This document shows positions 44,917-56,594 of a DNA stretch of 64,000 bases, in pieces. The DNA lies in contig CAVQMO010000010.1 of NCBI GenBank assembly GCA_963713605.1, positions 128,001-192,000 of the forward strand, written 5' to 3'. A program made the translations under genes and the position numbers. Source of the stretch: an uncultured Nitrososphaerales archaeon. Its GTDB lineage: Archaea > Thermoproteota > Nitrososphaeria > Nitrososphaerales > Nitrososphaeraceae. Position 1 is the stretch's first letter, and each line of letters opens with the position of its first letter. The notes beneath the pieces were generated by a model. It was not told the origin of the DNA. It saw only the letters and a program-made list of their open reading frames with translations, and did no database searches.

Positions 44917-45715
44917 CTAGAATGGTACCATCGATCTCTGAATGAGATTTCTATATCAAAAATTAGGCAGGACATCATAGATCCGATTCTAGGATTACCA
45001 ATTTCTGTATTTAACTCCGTCATTTTTCTTTTTTGTGGGGCAATTATTAGATGTTATATCTCACAACAAAAAAAGAAAATGAAGAAATTGGAAGTCCTAA
45101 AACTACATAATGAAGGGTACTGAGTAGTCCTAGAATAACGTGTAAATGGGTTGAGGCATGGAGTTAGGGACCTTGAGTTACAAAAGAAAAATCTTCATTA
45201 CGAATTGAACAATTTATGAGCAAAAATGGATAATCTTTCACCAGTGAGTCAGTAATATCCTGTTTATTAATTATTTTTTAATTTACCTCTGTCGTTACAT
45301 GATTCTTATTTTTTGATTGCACCTATATGTGTCGTGTTGTGCGCACATCTATTACAGATAAAAAATGGTCATCTAATGACCCATAGTAAACCATATCAAG
45401 ACCTTCATTTCGAAATGTCATTTAGTGTTTATAATCTCCGGTACGGATCTCGCTCTCGTTGTCCAGCAGTTCACAGAAAATTACCCCTTTCAGATCAAAG
45501 ATGTTTTTTGCCGTCGTACACCTCACCTTAGGTATGAGGATCCATCGATTAATACATGGACATATTTTTTTGCAGACGAAGACATAGGTAGAAAAGAAAT
45601 ACCTGCGGTAACATTCGGTAACATCTTAATTAATGTCACACGCGAACAAATGATCCATAGAGAAACACAGCTAATCATGTCAACAATATCAAGATGATCA
45701 GATACAAGTAAAAAG

Positions 45716-45800
45716 ATGGAGCTAAGGGCACAACAACTACACGATCAGGGACATTCTTACAGAGGAATTGCAAAGGAAACCCATCTATCTTTGAGAGTTA
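45716..45800 (+). pseudogene. Helix-turn-helix gene remnant
   Basis: MELRAQQLHDQGHSYRGIAKETHLSLRV. Confidence 0.4.
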
Positions 45801-45959
45801 ATCTGGCCCAGAACAAGAGGAAATCTCCCTCATCGGCCTTGATTCATGATAAAAATAATACTCGATACTCGAGTATTACGACGTAGAATTGCAAGTAAAT
45901 AAAAATTGGCTGTTGCAGGAAAAGCTTTTTTTAAAAGGTTTCATACTTCTACTTTAGTA

Positions 45960-46382
45960 ATGTTCTCATCAACTAAGCCTTTGAGAGAAGTTGTCTTACA
46001 ATTGGCAGAAACCTTTAACGATCCGAAGATTAGGGAACTATCTTACTTTGATTTTTATGATGATTCATTGACTATTTATGGTTTTCCTCCAAACCTTCCG
46101 GCCAACAAAGGAGGTTTTAAACAGTTCATTTACCTTCTTTGGAAAGGATTTCCTGATATAAGAATAATATTTGAGGATCTCATTATTGAAGGAAATAAGG
46201 TTGCAGGGAGATACTATCTAGCCGGCACACACAAAGGTGAATTTATAGGCCTTCAGCCAACCGATAAGCAATTCAAGGTCAATGGTATGACAGTATTTGC
46301 TTTTCGTGATGCAAAAGTTATAGAGCGTTGGAACCTGGTAGATATGATGTCATTAAGGGAACAGCTAAGTTCCCAATCCTGA
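45960..46382 (+). CDS. SnoaL-like ester cyclase
   Basis: GFPDIR...EGNKVA...GTHKGEFIG...KVIERW. Confidence 0.88.
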   Translation: MFSSTKPLREVVLQLAETFNDPKIRELSYFDFYDDSLTIYGFPPNLPANKGGFKQFIYLLWKGFPDIRIIFEDLIIEGNKVAGRYYLAGTHKGEFIGLQPTDKQFKVNGMTVFAFRDAKVIERWNLVDMMSLREQLSSQS

Positions 46383-47186
46383 TTTAGAAACTGTGAGGTG
46401 GATACGACAAACTTACATTCAATTGGAAAAAGTTTGCGTTACTATCTAGGGGAATAGAGTATGAAAGCACTATTTGAATTGGATATACCGTCTGCCCTAT
46501 TTATTCAAGCCCGACTATTGCATCTTCCAAACTCTTATTCTTTACTATGGTATTGCCTTAGTACCCGTAGCAACGTTTATCGCCAATTGAAATATCGCTT
46601 TTGAACGCTTTGGATACTATCATATACATATATAGAAGCAGCCACATTTGAAGATTCCCTAAGCAGCTTGAAGATTATATTTCCATATCGTTATCGACCT
46701 TGAAATGCGCTTAGACCTTCTAGTGGCTAATTAAGTTGCAATTAAGTTTCAATTAGACAGCTGCCTAGAGTCGTATTAGGTTTTGTAGAGCTTATACTAT
46801 TATCTGCAATAGCATTGGCACCTTTCTGCTTCATCATATATGCTGTAGATTGCATAGGTCCATCTATTATGGCATTAGCGGCATTTCCAGTTGTAACTCT
46901 AATTCCCAATCTCTAGCATTTTTCAGAAATTGATTTAACCTTTCATCTATAGACGTGGTTTGTGAAGTAAACAAATTTCCTAGCCTTTAAGCATTATTAT
47001 ATCAACACTGGTACCATATCATAAGCTTATTTTATTACCGCTCAAGACAATAAATCATAACAAACTCCATGACATTTATGAAATTAATACCCTCAATCAA
47101 CCTTCTGAATGGAGAAGGGTTCTAGATATTCCACTTCCTTCTAGATTATTAGCCTTTGACTTTAGAAGAATTTACTTTCTAGGGAT

Positions 47187-47212
47187 TTATTATTATTATT
47201 ATTATTATTATT
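47187..47212. repeat. (TTA)8 microsatellite
   Basis: Direct reading. Confidence 0.95.
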
Positions 47213-47471
47213 TTCTTTTCTTGCCTGACTATCAGTCATATTACATTTATCTCCCCGTTCTGCTTCTTCAAGGCCAAATGGTTGCCTGAAGATATAGAGT
47301 CTTTCTCTACGTAATCAAAGCATGTGAATAATATTTCAGCTGCCTGAGAGGAGTAGAGCTGAGAAGTTATACGCGATTGAGTGGAATAGATCTTGATATT
47401 TCACACTCAAACACTATTTTGTTCCTTATTTAGATCCGTAATCTTTCTCTAGATCAGTAAAGACAAACATA

Positions 47472-47825
47472 TTATGGAAAGGGAATTGCGTTAATAGTTG
47501 AAGGTATCAGAGATTCTATATTTGTACCCTTATCATTACTTTTAGGATTACTATTCCCAGCTACGACTTGACTAGCTCCCGATGTGCTATCAATATCGTC
47601 GATGCCGGTATCAATATTTTTCTTAGCTCCATCTAGAGCTTTAACAGAAGCAATCGCAAGGGATCCTATCTTATGTCCGGAAGGACATCCCAACAAATTT
47701 TGGATTTTAGGATCACAGTTGGGTTCCACAGCCAGGACCTTACCAATAGTGTATAAATTGGCGAAAGACATTCCTCCAGTTAAGGCTAAAACTAATAATA
47801 GCAAGCTCAATCCTGCCGTAGACAT
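47472..47825 (-). CDS. Secreted hypothetical protein ending in PFP
   Basis: Hydrophobic N-terminus, two Cys. Confidence 0.55.
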   Translation of the reverse strand: MSTAGLSLLLLVLALTGGMSFANLYTIGKVLAVEPNCDPKIQNLLGCPSGHKIGSLAIASVKALDGAKKNIDTGIDDIDSTSGASQVVAGNSNPKSNDKGTNIESLIPSTINAIPFP

Positions 47826-48183
47826 ATCTACATGCCATTATTTACAAATAAAGATAATTAATTTAATTAATGTAAAACACTTAGTTTTGCTATGTAAATA
47901 TTCTATCAATTCTACATCAGTAAGAAAACTAAATAGAAATAGATAGGCAACATGAATGCTCCGTAACAACATAATCCTACGTACCTTATATCGAAAGAGA
48001 AGTCGTAATCATGTTATATTCACATACAATCCACTTTTCAATCAAGCATCATATATAAGGTAAAAGTACCATTGATCCTAATTTAGATTAAGATTTTAGA
48101 TTTGGGATTATTCTCTGGAATATGATTATGCTTTTGATATCACTATTTCTTAAATGAAAGAATACAATTAGAATATCAAAGGA

Positions 48184-49099
48184 ATGATAAATAGTATTAA
48201 AGTGAATAGATGTATAACCGCAAAGACTTTTCCAACAATATTGGCTATATCATTACTATTGATATTAGTTAGCAATATAGTCGGTACACCAATCCTCTTT
48301 GAATATGCGTATGCAATCGAAGAATTCGATATAGATGTAGATGTTAAAGACAACGAGATTAAGCGTGGTGATACTCAACACATAACAGTTACTGTTTTCA
48401 ACGATGATTCTGGTAATCATGTATCAGATGCAGATGTCAAATTAACAGTATATCCTCCAGATAGTGATTCAACCTCGGCAGAGGATGAAACCGATAATGA
48501 TGGCGAGGCAACATTTGATGTGGAAATAGATGATAATGCGGAAACAGGTAATTATGATGTGGACGTAAGAGTGTCAAAGGACGGATATGATACAAAAACT
48601 GTTAGTACCTCGTTTGATGTTGTCGGGTCAGGTAATAACAACGACGACGATGATAATAATCATGATGGTAATGGTAATGACTCATCATCTTCAGCTGCGG
48701 CATCAGCTTCTTCAGGAAGTAGTGGTGGCAGTAGCAGCGCAGCGTCAAGTGCTAGTTCCTCAGATAATGACCATAATGACAATAATAATGACGGTGGCGG
48801 TAGTTCCTCCGCATCTTCTGCAGCTGTAGGAGATGCCGCATCAGCAGCGGCCTCTGCATCAGGTGCATCATCAGCCGGCAGCAGCTGCAGCAGGTAATGC
48901 AGCTGCAGCAGCCGCCGCATCAGGTGATGATGCCTCTTCGGCAGCAGCAGCAGCAGTATCCGAGAATGGAGGATCTTCGTCAGCTGCAGCAGCAGCAGCT
49001 GATGCGGCATCAGCGGCAGCAGCTTCTTCTAGTAACGATGAGGATGGCGATGATAAGGGAAGTTCGTCCTCGTCAGCATCTTCTTCAAGCAATGATTAG
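48184..49099 (+). CDS. Secreted acidic Ig-like-domain protein with Ala/Ser/Asp low-complexity tail; frameshift near 48876
   Basis: Signal peptide AYA; ITVTV...TDNDGEATF...GNYDVDVRVSKDGY; SSSAAASA repeats continue in ORF 48833-49099. Confidence 0.8.
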
Positions 49100-49611
49100 A
49101 GTTCCTAGTAGAGACTAAATTCCACAATTTTTATTTTTTGTTCACTAGATCCTAGATACCGGAATATTGTAGATAATCAGTAAAGCAAGTTAATTCATAG
49201 GCTCTTCATCTTTAACAGGTTAGGCATCAAAAGCTCTCATGCTCCTATGTTTTACTGCGTCTTGTTAGCGTTCACAAACCGCTCTTTTTCTAAATTGGTA
49301 GGAGTAGTATCGTTAATTTCATCTTGCTCCTTTTCTTCTCCAATTAAAATAGTTATGTTATCTATCGGGGTTGTGGAATTTGAATAATCCGTAGCTTGTG
49401 ACTGCTCCCATTAATCAAGATGCCACCTACCAGAAACATTCCTAACAATAACCAAATAACAAGTTTGCTCATACCCAAAGCATTATACCAAATGAATTAT
49501 ATAAGATCTTGTTGGTGTATGACATTGGTGCTTGGCAACTGTTTCATGCATTTGATGACCGAACTACCAATGATGATTTCTGACTTCATCGCGTGATAAT
49601 CCAATTAAATG

Positions 49612-49740
49612 TAGCACGGGCACCATCTGGCTCTCCTTTCTCATCGATTGTACCCAGACGAACTAAAAGCTCAGGTGTTCTTAAGAATTCTGTCAATTCC
49701 TTTGCATTGAGTGGTGGTGTATATGATGAGTGTAAATACT
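49612..49740 (-). pseudogene. N-terminal remnant of PPOX-family gene
   Basis: TPPLNAKELTEFLRTPELLVRLGTIDEKGEP. Confidence 0.45.
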
Positions 49741-49776
49741 CAAAAGAAATATATTTTTAGGATTGACAATTAAATC

Positions 49777-50603
49777 GTGCTATTGCCTGGAATAGTCGTA
49801 TTTATTGTGCTCATGGTACTGACTTACGCCTTAGTCACGTACCCGTCGCCCAGTGTAACCTCTGCAACTTCTACCTCAAATACCTCCTCCGATTCTATAC
49901 CTTCAGACTGAAGTTGTTCATTCATCGGAATCGATGAAAGTTCCTCCATCTGTTGGAACATTTGTGATTCTCATCCCTAATGAAGCGCATGAGAATTGGT
50001 CTGATGAAAAACATAAACTAATCACTGACAAGAATTCATATTATGTACCTACCAATCTAATTGTACCAAACGGAACTGCTATAGTTTTTTTACATGCTGA
50101 CGCTCCATGGGATACGCCTAATCCTCATACAATTGAATTACAGGATAGCGAGCGGAAATACTGTATATAATACTGGCCAATTAGATTATACGCTTAGCTC
50201 CAAACCAATTGTGCTCCCCTCTTCAGGAACTTATAATATAGTTGATAAGTCCTATGATACAAAGGAAGCAAAGATAACGGTTTTGGATAACGAAACATCT
50301 CATGGTAACAGCATAGTAGGAGGATTTTACACCCCAACTAACCAGGTAGAGAACACGGAGGATAACGATGGTGGATCGCATCCGGGGTCGCTTCAGTATT
50401 ATAAAGAGGCATTTAACAAAGATGGATTTGATATACTGAGTGAATACAATTTTACATATGCTACATGTGATTATTGTCCTGGAGAATATTGGCCTGACAA
50501 TAAATCTGGAGAGCACACATTGCTAATCTATAGTACAGAGCAATCACTTTCAGATGCGTTAGTTAAACTAGGAAAGTTGGTTAAAGACAATGTGTACGTA
50601 TGA
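49777..50603 (+). CDS. Secreted cupredoxin-like two-domain protein with CDYC motif; frameshifts near 49907 and 50148
   Basis: TM/signal from GTG 49777; ILIPNEAHE, YYVPTNLIVPNGT, HAD...PH, CDYCPG. Confidence 0.65.
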
Positions 50604-50974
50604 TATCGTAAATGTGTAGATAGTGAATCTCTCAATTCTACTTTCAGGTAACTATACAGCATGCTCTATGTCCAGGCCGACCGTAATTCCACTTGTCTAC
50701 TCCTGCTTTCAATGCTGATTGTCTAACCTTTTCTTTAGCTGCTTCGCTGTGTAGTATTTCTAATTTTACTGCTGGAGTATATTTAAGATGACCTGATTTT
50801 TAGTGATTAATTTAGCTTATAGCGTTCTTTGGTTTCTGGATCATTAGCACAATACACTAAGGGATCATCTAAAGAGAACTCACCATTATCAAACATGATC
50901 CCTAATATTAATAAAATCTGTCCATTCAGGTTTGATGTTATTGTTGTATCTGTTTTTGATTTAGGATTAGCCAG

Positions 50975-51172
50975 TTACTTTTCCAGCATATTTAGTGTTG
51001 TATTTAACATCTCCGCCCAAATACGGTGGACAAATGCTTCTTGGAGATCTCTATTTTTGGCACACTCCTCAGCAGCAGCAAGTTCCCTATCAAAATGTAA
51101 AGCTAAAGAAACCTTGGTACTCAGCTTTGTGCTCCTTGATCTGCTCATCCAAACTTTGATCCATAATCTCAT
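50975..51172 (-). CDS. Small hypothetical protein
   Basis: Short helical ORF. Confidence 0.35.
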   Translation of the reverse strand: MRLWIKVWMSRSRSTKLSTKVSLALHFDRELAAAEECAKNRDLQEAFVHRIWAEMLNTTLNMLEK

Positions 51173-51673
51173 CTAAGCTTTGTAATCTCTTCTTCCTTTC
51201 TTCCGAGCTTAATGGCATATTAGTCAAGATGCCTCGGTGCACATTCCATATTTCAAGCTAACTAGTTCACTATCATGTATTTTGAATAAACTGATGTCAG
51301 AAATTTTGAATTAATTTTGAAAACTCGCACATGCCAAAGGGGATTCATAATAGACTTCGTGTACACGAGACAGGAATCATAGAAGTGGGTTCAAAATTGT
51401 AAAATGTATTAACATGCGTGACTAGAGGGAGAGACTTTTGTCAACTAATACCTAAACCAGAAGAACGACTACATATCACCTTATCAGTTTCAAGCTAGAC
51501 CATGATGTTCATAAGCGATTACCTACGATTACACAAGAAAGCATACTTAGACAATTATTACGTCGGACCTACTAACATTCTCGTTGTAACTAGGAATACC
51601 ACATGGAGACAGGTCAGCAAGTCCATCAAGAACTTTGATAAGTTAGTAGAACTGAATAAAACAGGAAAGCCAA

Positions 51674-52024
51674 ATGACCGCCTGGCAACAACAAACGGGT
51701 CCATTTCTTATTGCGATAGGTCTATGTCTAGGTTTAGGGCTAGCGACATACCCAGAAAATACATCCACATATGCATCCACAATAGCAGTTAACTCGACCT
51801 ACGAGGTTGAGGTGGAAAACATGACTTCAGAACAGTTTGATAGACTTATGAACGCTGAGTCTAAGGCCAACGATAAAGCAAACCAAATACTAAACAGTAT
51901 CCAGACCCTTGAGGGCCTTGACATCTATAGTAATGAATGTGGCTATTCGACGGAAATCAATCCATACAAAGTTATTGACTGCTATTACAAGAACCAGGAC
52001 AGAATCGAAAAAGCAGGCGAGTAG
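51674..52024 (+). CDS. Secreted/membrane-anchored hypothetical protein
   Basis: N-terminal TM, two Cys. Confidence 0.55.
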   Translation: MTAWQQQTGPFLIAIGLCLGLGLATYPENTSTYASTIAVNSTYEVEVENMTSEQFDRLMNAESKANDKANQILNSIQTLEGLDIYSNECGYSTEINPYKVIDCYYKNQDRIEKAGE

Positions 52025-52288
52025 GTGGGTAGGCAGATAAGAAGTGACTAAACTATAATCAGAACGATTGTCAAAAGGAGATTTAAGGTTTCTCCTGAAT
52101 CTGCTAGATAATGCAAAAGAGGAATCAAACACGGAGATTGAAATAGATGGGGACAATAAATCAGAAGCGACTGCTGCACTGAAAAGGATTAGACGTATAA
52201 GGCTAGCAGTGATTGATCTTGATAAGGAGTAGTTTCACAATAGCTTGACTGCAGCGGCAGAAGCGAAATGAAGTAAATAAAAAGAGGT

Positions 52289-52573
52289 TTAGCCACGATT
52301 TGATTGATTCAATTGCTTTTGGGCGTCTGTTAATGCTTCTGGGTCTACATTAGGGTCTACTCCACATTCTCGCTGCGATACAGAGTTACCTGCTGTTTCT
52401 GGTAATACTTCAGTATCTGGTGGCAGCATTTCATTTAGCATCGCTAACTCTTTACATAAGATTTGATTTTGTTCTACCTCTGATTGATTAGTAATGGGCG
52501 AGGAGTAAGCCAGCTGTAGCTGCATGCCCAAGAACATGAAGGCTAAGGCCATTATATATAATGTAATAGTCAT
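52289..52573 (-). CDS. Small secreted acidic protein
   Basis: Signal peptide ending LAYS; ATGA overlap with upstream ORF. Confidence 0.6.
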   Translation of the reverse strand: MTITLYIMALAFMFLGMQLQLAYSSPITNQSEVEQNQILCKELAMLNEMLPPDTEVLPETAGNSVSQRECGVDPNVDPEALTDAQKQLNQSNRG

Positions 52574-52806
52574 CTTTCAGTTCCATCGGTGATTGTGGTA
52601 GAGTCTGTTTTATTAATAATCCTCTCTTGACACCCTGCTATTTCTTCAACTTCTTCCATTTCATTATTAGGTTTGATTATTCCACATTCGTCAACCATTC
52701 GACCTAGTGTGTCATTCTCTTCTGTCTGCTCCGGAGCGCCTAACATTAGTGACTCTGGATCTACAAACTTCTCTGCCAATGAATCCCCTGTATTGTTACT
52801 AACCAT
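52570..52806 (-). CDS. Small acidic hypothetical protein
   Basis: ECG motif shared with neighbour; 4-nt overlap. Confidence 0.5.
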   Translation of the reverse strand: MVSNNTGDSLAEKFVDPESLMLGAPEQTEENDTLGRMVDECGIIKPNNEMEEVEEIAGCQERIINKTDSTTITDGTER

Positions 52807-52906
52807 ACTACTATTTCCGCTTGATACATTTTCTATAAGAGACTTGCTGGGTATTAACTTATGATGCCTATAGCGAAATGATTGAAGAAAAACAAATTAA
52901 GGATAA

Positions 52907-53137
52907 ATGAGAAGATCAAAATTAATGCCTGAAAAGGAAGTCTATCCGACAAGAAATTGTGCAGGCTGCGGCAATCCTATTTTTTTGGATAAAGGCAACT
53001 ACATACAATTTGTCAGTACAAGTCAAATAAAATGGTATACACATAAAGATTGTTTTACTAAAAGTTTGAGTAAAGGGCTAAATGATTGGCTAGAGATAGA
53101 GATGAACTCCTACTTTAGAAGGATGGAAGTACACTAA
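52907..53137 (+). CDS. Small zinc-finger protein (CAGC...HKDC)
   Basis: CxxC and HxxC ligand pairs; T-tract after stop. Confidence 0.65.
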   Translation: MRRSKLMPEKEVYPTRNCAGCGNPIFLDKGNYIQFVSTSQIKWYTHKDCFTKSLSKGLNDWLEIEMNSYFRRMEVH

Positions 53138-53498
53138 GCCTTTCTTTTTCCTTCTTTTAAATACATTTCTCCAAAAAAGGGGTTAATGAGTAGGCCACCT
53201 TTAGTAGCCAAAGAAATACAGATTAGTCATAATGGCACGACTTTTACAATTCAAGTTACATTAGTTGAGGAAAGTACTCAGAGTACCTCCACCATCACCA
53301 CGAAATGTTGTGCAGGATAATGACAGATATTCACACGCTGTTGCAAACTTCATCAAAGGTGTAGCTTCAATCTAAACACTACTTTAGGTTTATTAGGAAA
53401 TAGTGACTATCTTCCATTTGAGGCCTTAGGTTACACAGTCATAGGTCTTCACGATGATGGTGTAACAACCAATTTTTCAAATGGAAATGCAAAGGGAA

Positions 53499-53684
53499 TT
53501 ACAGGATTAAGAACAATACCAATGCCATTATTACTGCCAATACACCAGTTAATATTAGAAATTTTTTCAAGATCTCATCATAACAAATGGTGTAACTGCC
53601 CCATTTATACCATAAGTCTGTGACCCAGTATTTTATGAAGTCTCTAATACTGGCAACAATAGCAGCGATGGCCCAATAATGCAT
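53499..53684 (-). CDS. Small membrane protein
   Basis: Hydrophobic termini, 61 aa. Confidence 0.4.
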   Translation of the reverse strand: MHYWAIAAIVASIRDFIKYWVTDLWYKWGSYTICYDEILKKFLILTGVLAVIMALVLFLIL

Positions 53685-54042
53685 ATTAGTTACTTATCAC
53701 TAGAAATAGTCGTAGCACCAATTTTGCTCAAGAAAAAAGGCTGCGTGCACACGCGACGCAAACATATCTCTTAATCTCTCTCCACTATTCTGCATTTACA
53801 CCTTGACATCTCTCGAAGTCCTCATAATATCAACTATAAGAAGGTAATATCAGAAGTAGAAGAGACATATACATGTATACTGATCCTGACATAGTATGAG
53901 TGATATAGTCAAATCCTTATGCTGTCAAAGAAAGGGAGGCATGCCAATTCGATCTTAGGGAAGTGGGAAAATTAAGTCGGCTTATGTATTACAAATTAGA
54001 AACAGGATAATGCGGCCAGGGCGTAGTTAGTTGGTATATGGC

Positions 54043-54282
54043 TTAGACCACAATTGTTGCTTTAGCGAACCTATCTGCTACTTCATTTATCTCTACCTTT
54101 ATCTTATTTCCAAGTTTTCCATTTTCGACAAATATCACGAACCCTTGGATCTTGGCTATACCATCTCCTTTTCTACTTATTTCTGTGACGTCTACTTCGT
54201 ATTGCTTACCTACTTCGACTGGCTTCTGAATAGGGGAGCCTTTATTAAAGCCACCATGACTCCTACGTGTACTATAAGACAT
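54043..54282 (-). CDS. Stand-alone TRAM-domain RNA-binding (cold-shock-type) protein
   Basis: KPVEVGKQYEVDVTEISRKGDGIAKIQGFVIFV...RFAKA. Confidence 0.93.
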   Translation of the reverse strand: MSYSTRRSHGGFNKGSPIQKPVEVGKQYEVDVTEISRKGDGIAKIQGFVIFVENGKLGNKIKVEINEVADRFAKATIVV

Positions 54283-54659
54283 TCGTAAATGTTGATTAGT
54301 CACTCTATTTAAACTGGACCGTGAAGGTTGTTCTAGCCAATACTATGAAGGGTTTTCAATCCGGCCTACATAAAAAACAGCAAAATCTTTTCTTGCTCCT
54401 CACACTGGGGCTCACATGACACTGACCTAAAAATATTAAGATGTTTAGTCTTGAATCCGCAGATTAGACTATTGGAATTCTAAATAAATTGAAAGATAAT
54501 GGAGTAGTACGATTTTCCATAATTTGTAATCTTAGTTTGATGAAAGGATTTGTTGTATTTGGACTGCTAATCTATGTTAACAATAACTATGTCCACACGA
54601 TTCTTTTAACCTGCCTTGTTCCACTGCCAAGTAATTGTAACAGGCTTTATACGTACCAG

Positions 54660-55415
54660 TTAGTTCTTTCTTAGTGCAAAGAATATGGAAGTGTAATCAA
54701 GGCATGTTTCATTCCAATGAATAACTTTTTCTCCGTGTGTAAAATCTATTGGTTCAGTAAGAAGGAAACCGTTCCGTTCTGCAATTCTAATTACGTCTTC
54801 CTCTATTTCTTTTCTGCTGAAAATATTATCAGGCGAATTCTTAGGGTTTATGTCCGTATTAACTAGATTGACTATCTTATCAGGCCAGTAGTCTGTCGAT
54901 GTCAAAAGTAATCCACCTTTTTTTATTATTCTATTCATTTCTTTGAAATAGTTCTGAATATTAACACCATGTTCGATTACTGATAAAGACGTAACGAAAT
55001 CAAATGTATTGTTTTGAAATTCAGTTTTTTCTAGATCTTGAACCGAAATATCAAATGTGTTATACAATTCGATTGCGGCTGATACTCCCTCTTTTAAGAA
55101 CAAATCACATCCATATAGGTTCATAAAACCAAGTCTCCTCAGCAGAGGCAAAATCGGAGAACCGTTACATCCCACATCTAGTACAAACACACTTATGTTT
55201 GCTTGCTTTATTATATCAATCATTTTAAGTGTATCCCATGACTTTACTCTATCATGATGTGGAAATAGACCAAGAGAACGAAGGCATTTCATGGCGTGAT
55301 ATACTTCAAAGGAGTTTTTAAGAACAGAATTGTATCCCATCGTTTCAAAGGATTTACGGAGTAATTTAAGTTTACTAACTGGCATCAGATCTTTCATTAA
55401 GGGCGACTCATTCAT
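54660..55415 (-). CDS. Class I SAM-dependent methyltransferase
   Basis: VLDVGC, YGCDL, FDFVTSLSVIEHG, IIKKGGLL. Confidence 0.9.
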   Translation of the reverse strand: MNESPLMKDLMPVSKLKLLRKSFETMGYNSVLKNSFEVYHAMKCLRSLGLFPHHDRVKSWDTLKMIDIIKQANISVFVLDVGCNGSPILPLLRRLGFMNLYGCDLFLKEGVSAAIELYNTFDISVQDLEKTEFQNNTFDFVTSLSVIEHGVNIQNYFKEMNRIIKKGGLLLTSTDYWPDKIVNLVNTDINPKNSPDNIFSRKEIEEDVIRIAERNGFLLTEPIDFTHGEKVIHWNETCLDYTSIFFALRKN

Positions 55416-55450
55416 TTTCTTAAATTACGTTTTAGAATTTTTGTAATCTG

Positions 55451-56442
55451 TTATAACTTGATTTCTGATTGAATCCAGAGATTCTCAAATATGGAAGCAT
55501 ATGATAAAACTGTTGATTCACTATTTGAGTATGTAGCTAAACCAATCGCATCCTCGTCCTCTTTTTCTTCTATTATTAATGATAATTCTCTGTCTGTCAC
55601 TACGGTCGTTAGTCTGGTTTGTATCGACTTCTCTATATTTTGATACCCCTTCAAAGATTTTACCGCATCTTCTTTTAAGGCATAATCCATGCCGATTAGT
55701 ATTCTAACTAAGACTTCATTCTCTGCCTTTCTTTTCAGGATATCTAATATTCCATATTTTTGGTATTGACTTAATGTGTTTGTATGCGAGAATATTATCA
55801 ATATTTCTTCAGTTGCAGAAGATAGAATTTTTGAGATTAGGCTATTTGTTTCTTCAGAATCTTGGATTGTTTCTATGAATTCTCTTTTTATATGTTCTTC
55901 GATCTCCTTTATTCGCTGCTTCGCAGGAATTGCTTTCTTCCATAGCATATCAAAAAAATACTGTTGATGAGCTACAAAAGCTCTCATAGTACTGTAAATT
56001 GTTTCTGTTGGGGATTTGGTTCGAGTACGCTACTCCCAGAAGTAACTGAAATAGATTTAGATACATAATACCGAGAGAAATCACCTAATACAGCTGCTTG
56101 ATAGATTGATTTGTCTGAGATTGAGAAGTTCCCTGCTACTTCATCCAAGTGTCTTAATTCAGTAATTATTTTCATTAACTGCTTACAATAAAGAATATTA
56201 TCCCTTGTGATTTCAGTGATTACTCTAGATTTGATTCCTTGTAAGGCCATATCAGAAATTCCTTTAACAATTGGTTCTGTTGTCATGATTGTTTCAGGGT
56301 TGCTCTTATCAATACATGAATCAATCGTATGCTTTGTAAGAGAGAACCTAGTAAGAGTCATTTTTACGATGTTCTCGAATCCGTAAATAACTTCTGTCCT
56401 CTCCTCCACGTCTTCTGTTTTCGTGGATGGAGTGGAGTTCAT
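55451..56442 (-). CDS. Tandem TrmB/PLD-like sensor-domain protein without kinase; frameshift near 56000
   Basis: TEVIYG...ITEIT.DN..YCKQLM...LRHLD...NFSISD; QQYFFDMLWKKAIPA; ATYSNS...YASIFENLW. Confidence 0.75.
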
Positions 56443-56468
56443 CAAGTAAGTATCGTTATATATGTTAT

Positions 56469-56590
56469 TTAGTACGATCGGGAAGTTCAAAATCCTCCCC
56501 GAAGCGTTAGTACAAATCGGGAAGTTCAAAATCCTCCCCGAAGCGATAACAAAAGAATATCTCATATCATGAGGAAAATTTAAAATTCTT
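56469..56590. repeat. Two near-identical 38/39-bp direct repeats plus a degenerate third
   Basis: ATCGGGAAGTTCAAAATCCTCCCCGAAGCG at 56477-56506 and 56516-56545; GAGGAAAATTTAAAATTCTT at 56571-56590. Confidence 0.9.
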
Positions 56591-56594
56591 ATAT

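Noticed and set aside
23136..47212. Phase variation by (TTG)9 and (TTA)8 tracts
   Set aside because: Both are intergenic trinucleotide tracts with no link to a promoter or reading frame.
48587..49118. Poly-Q/poly-L and antisense poly-Ala ORFs
   Set aside because: Alternative frames of the GCA/TCA low-complexity tail.
56477..56545. tRNA gene
   Set aside because: Only a T-arm-like segment; no D arm, anticodon arm or acceptor stem.
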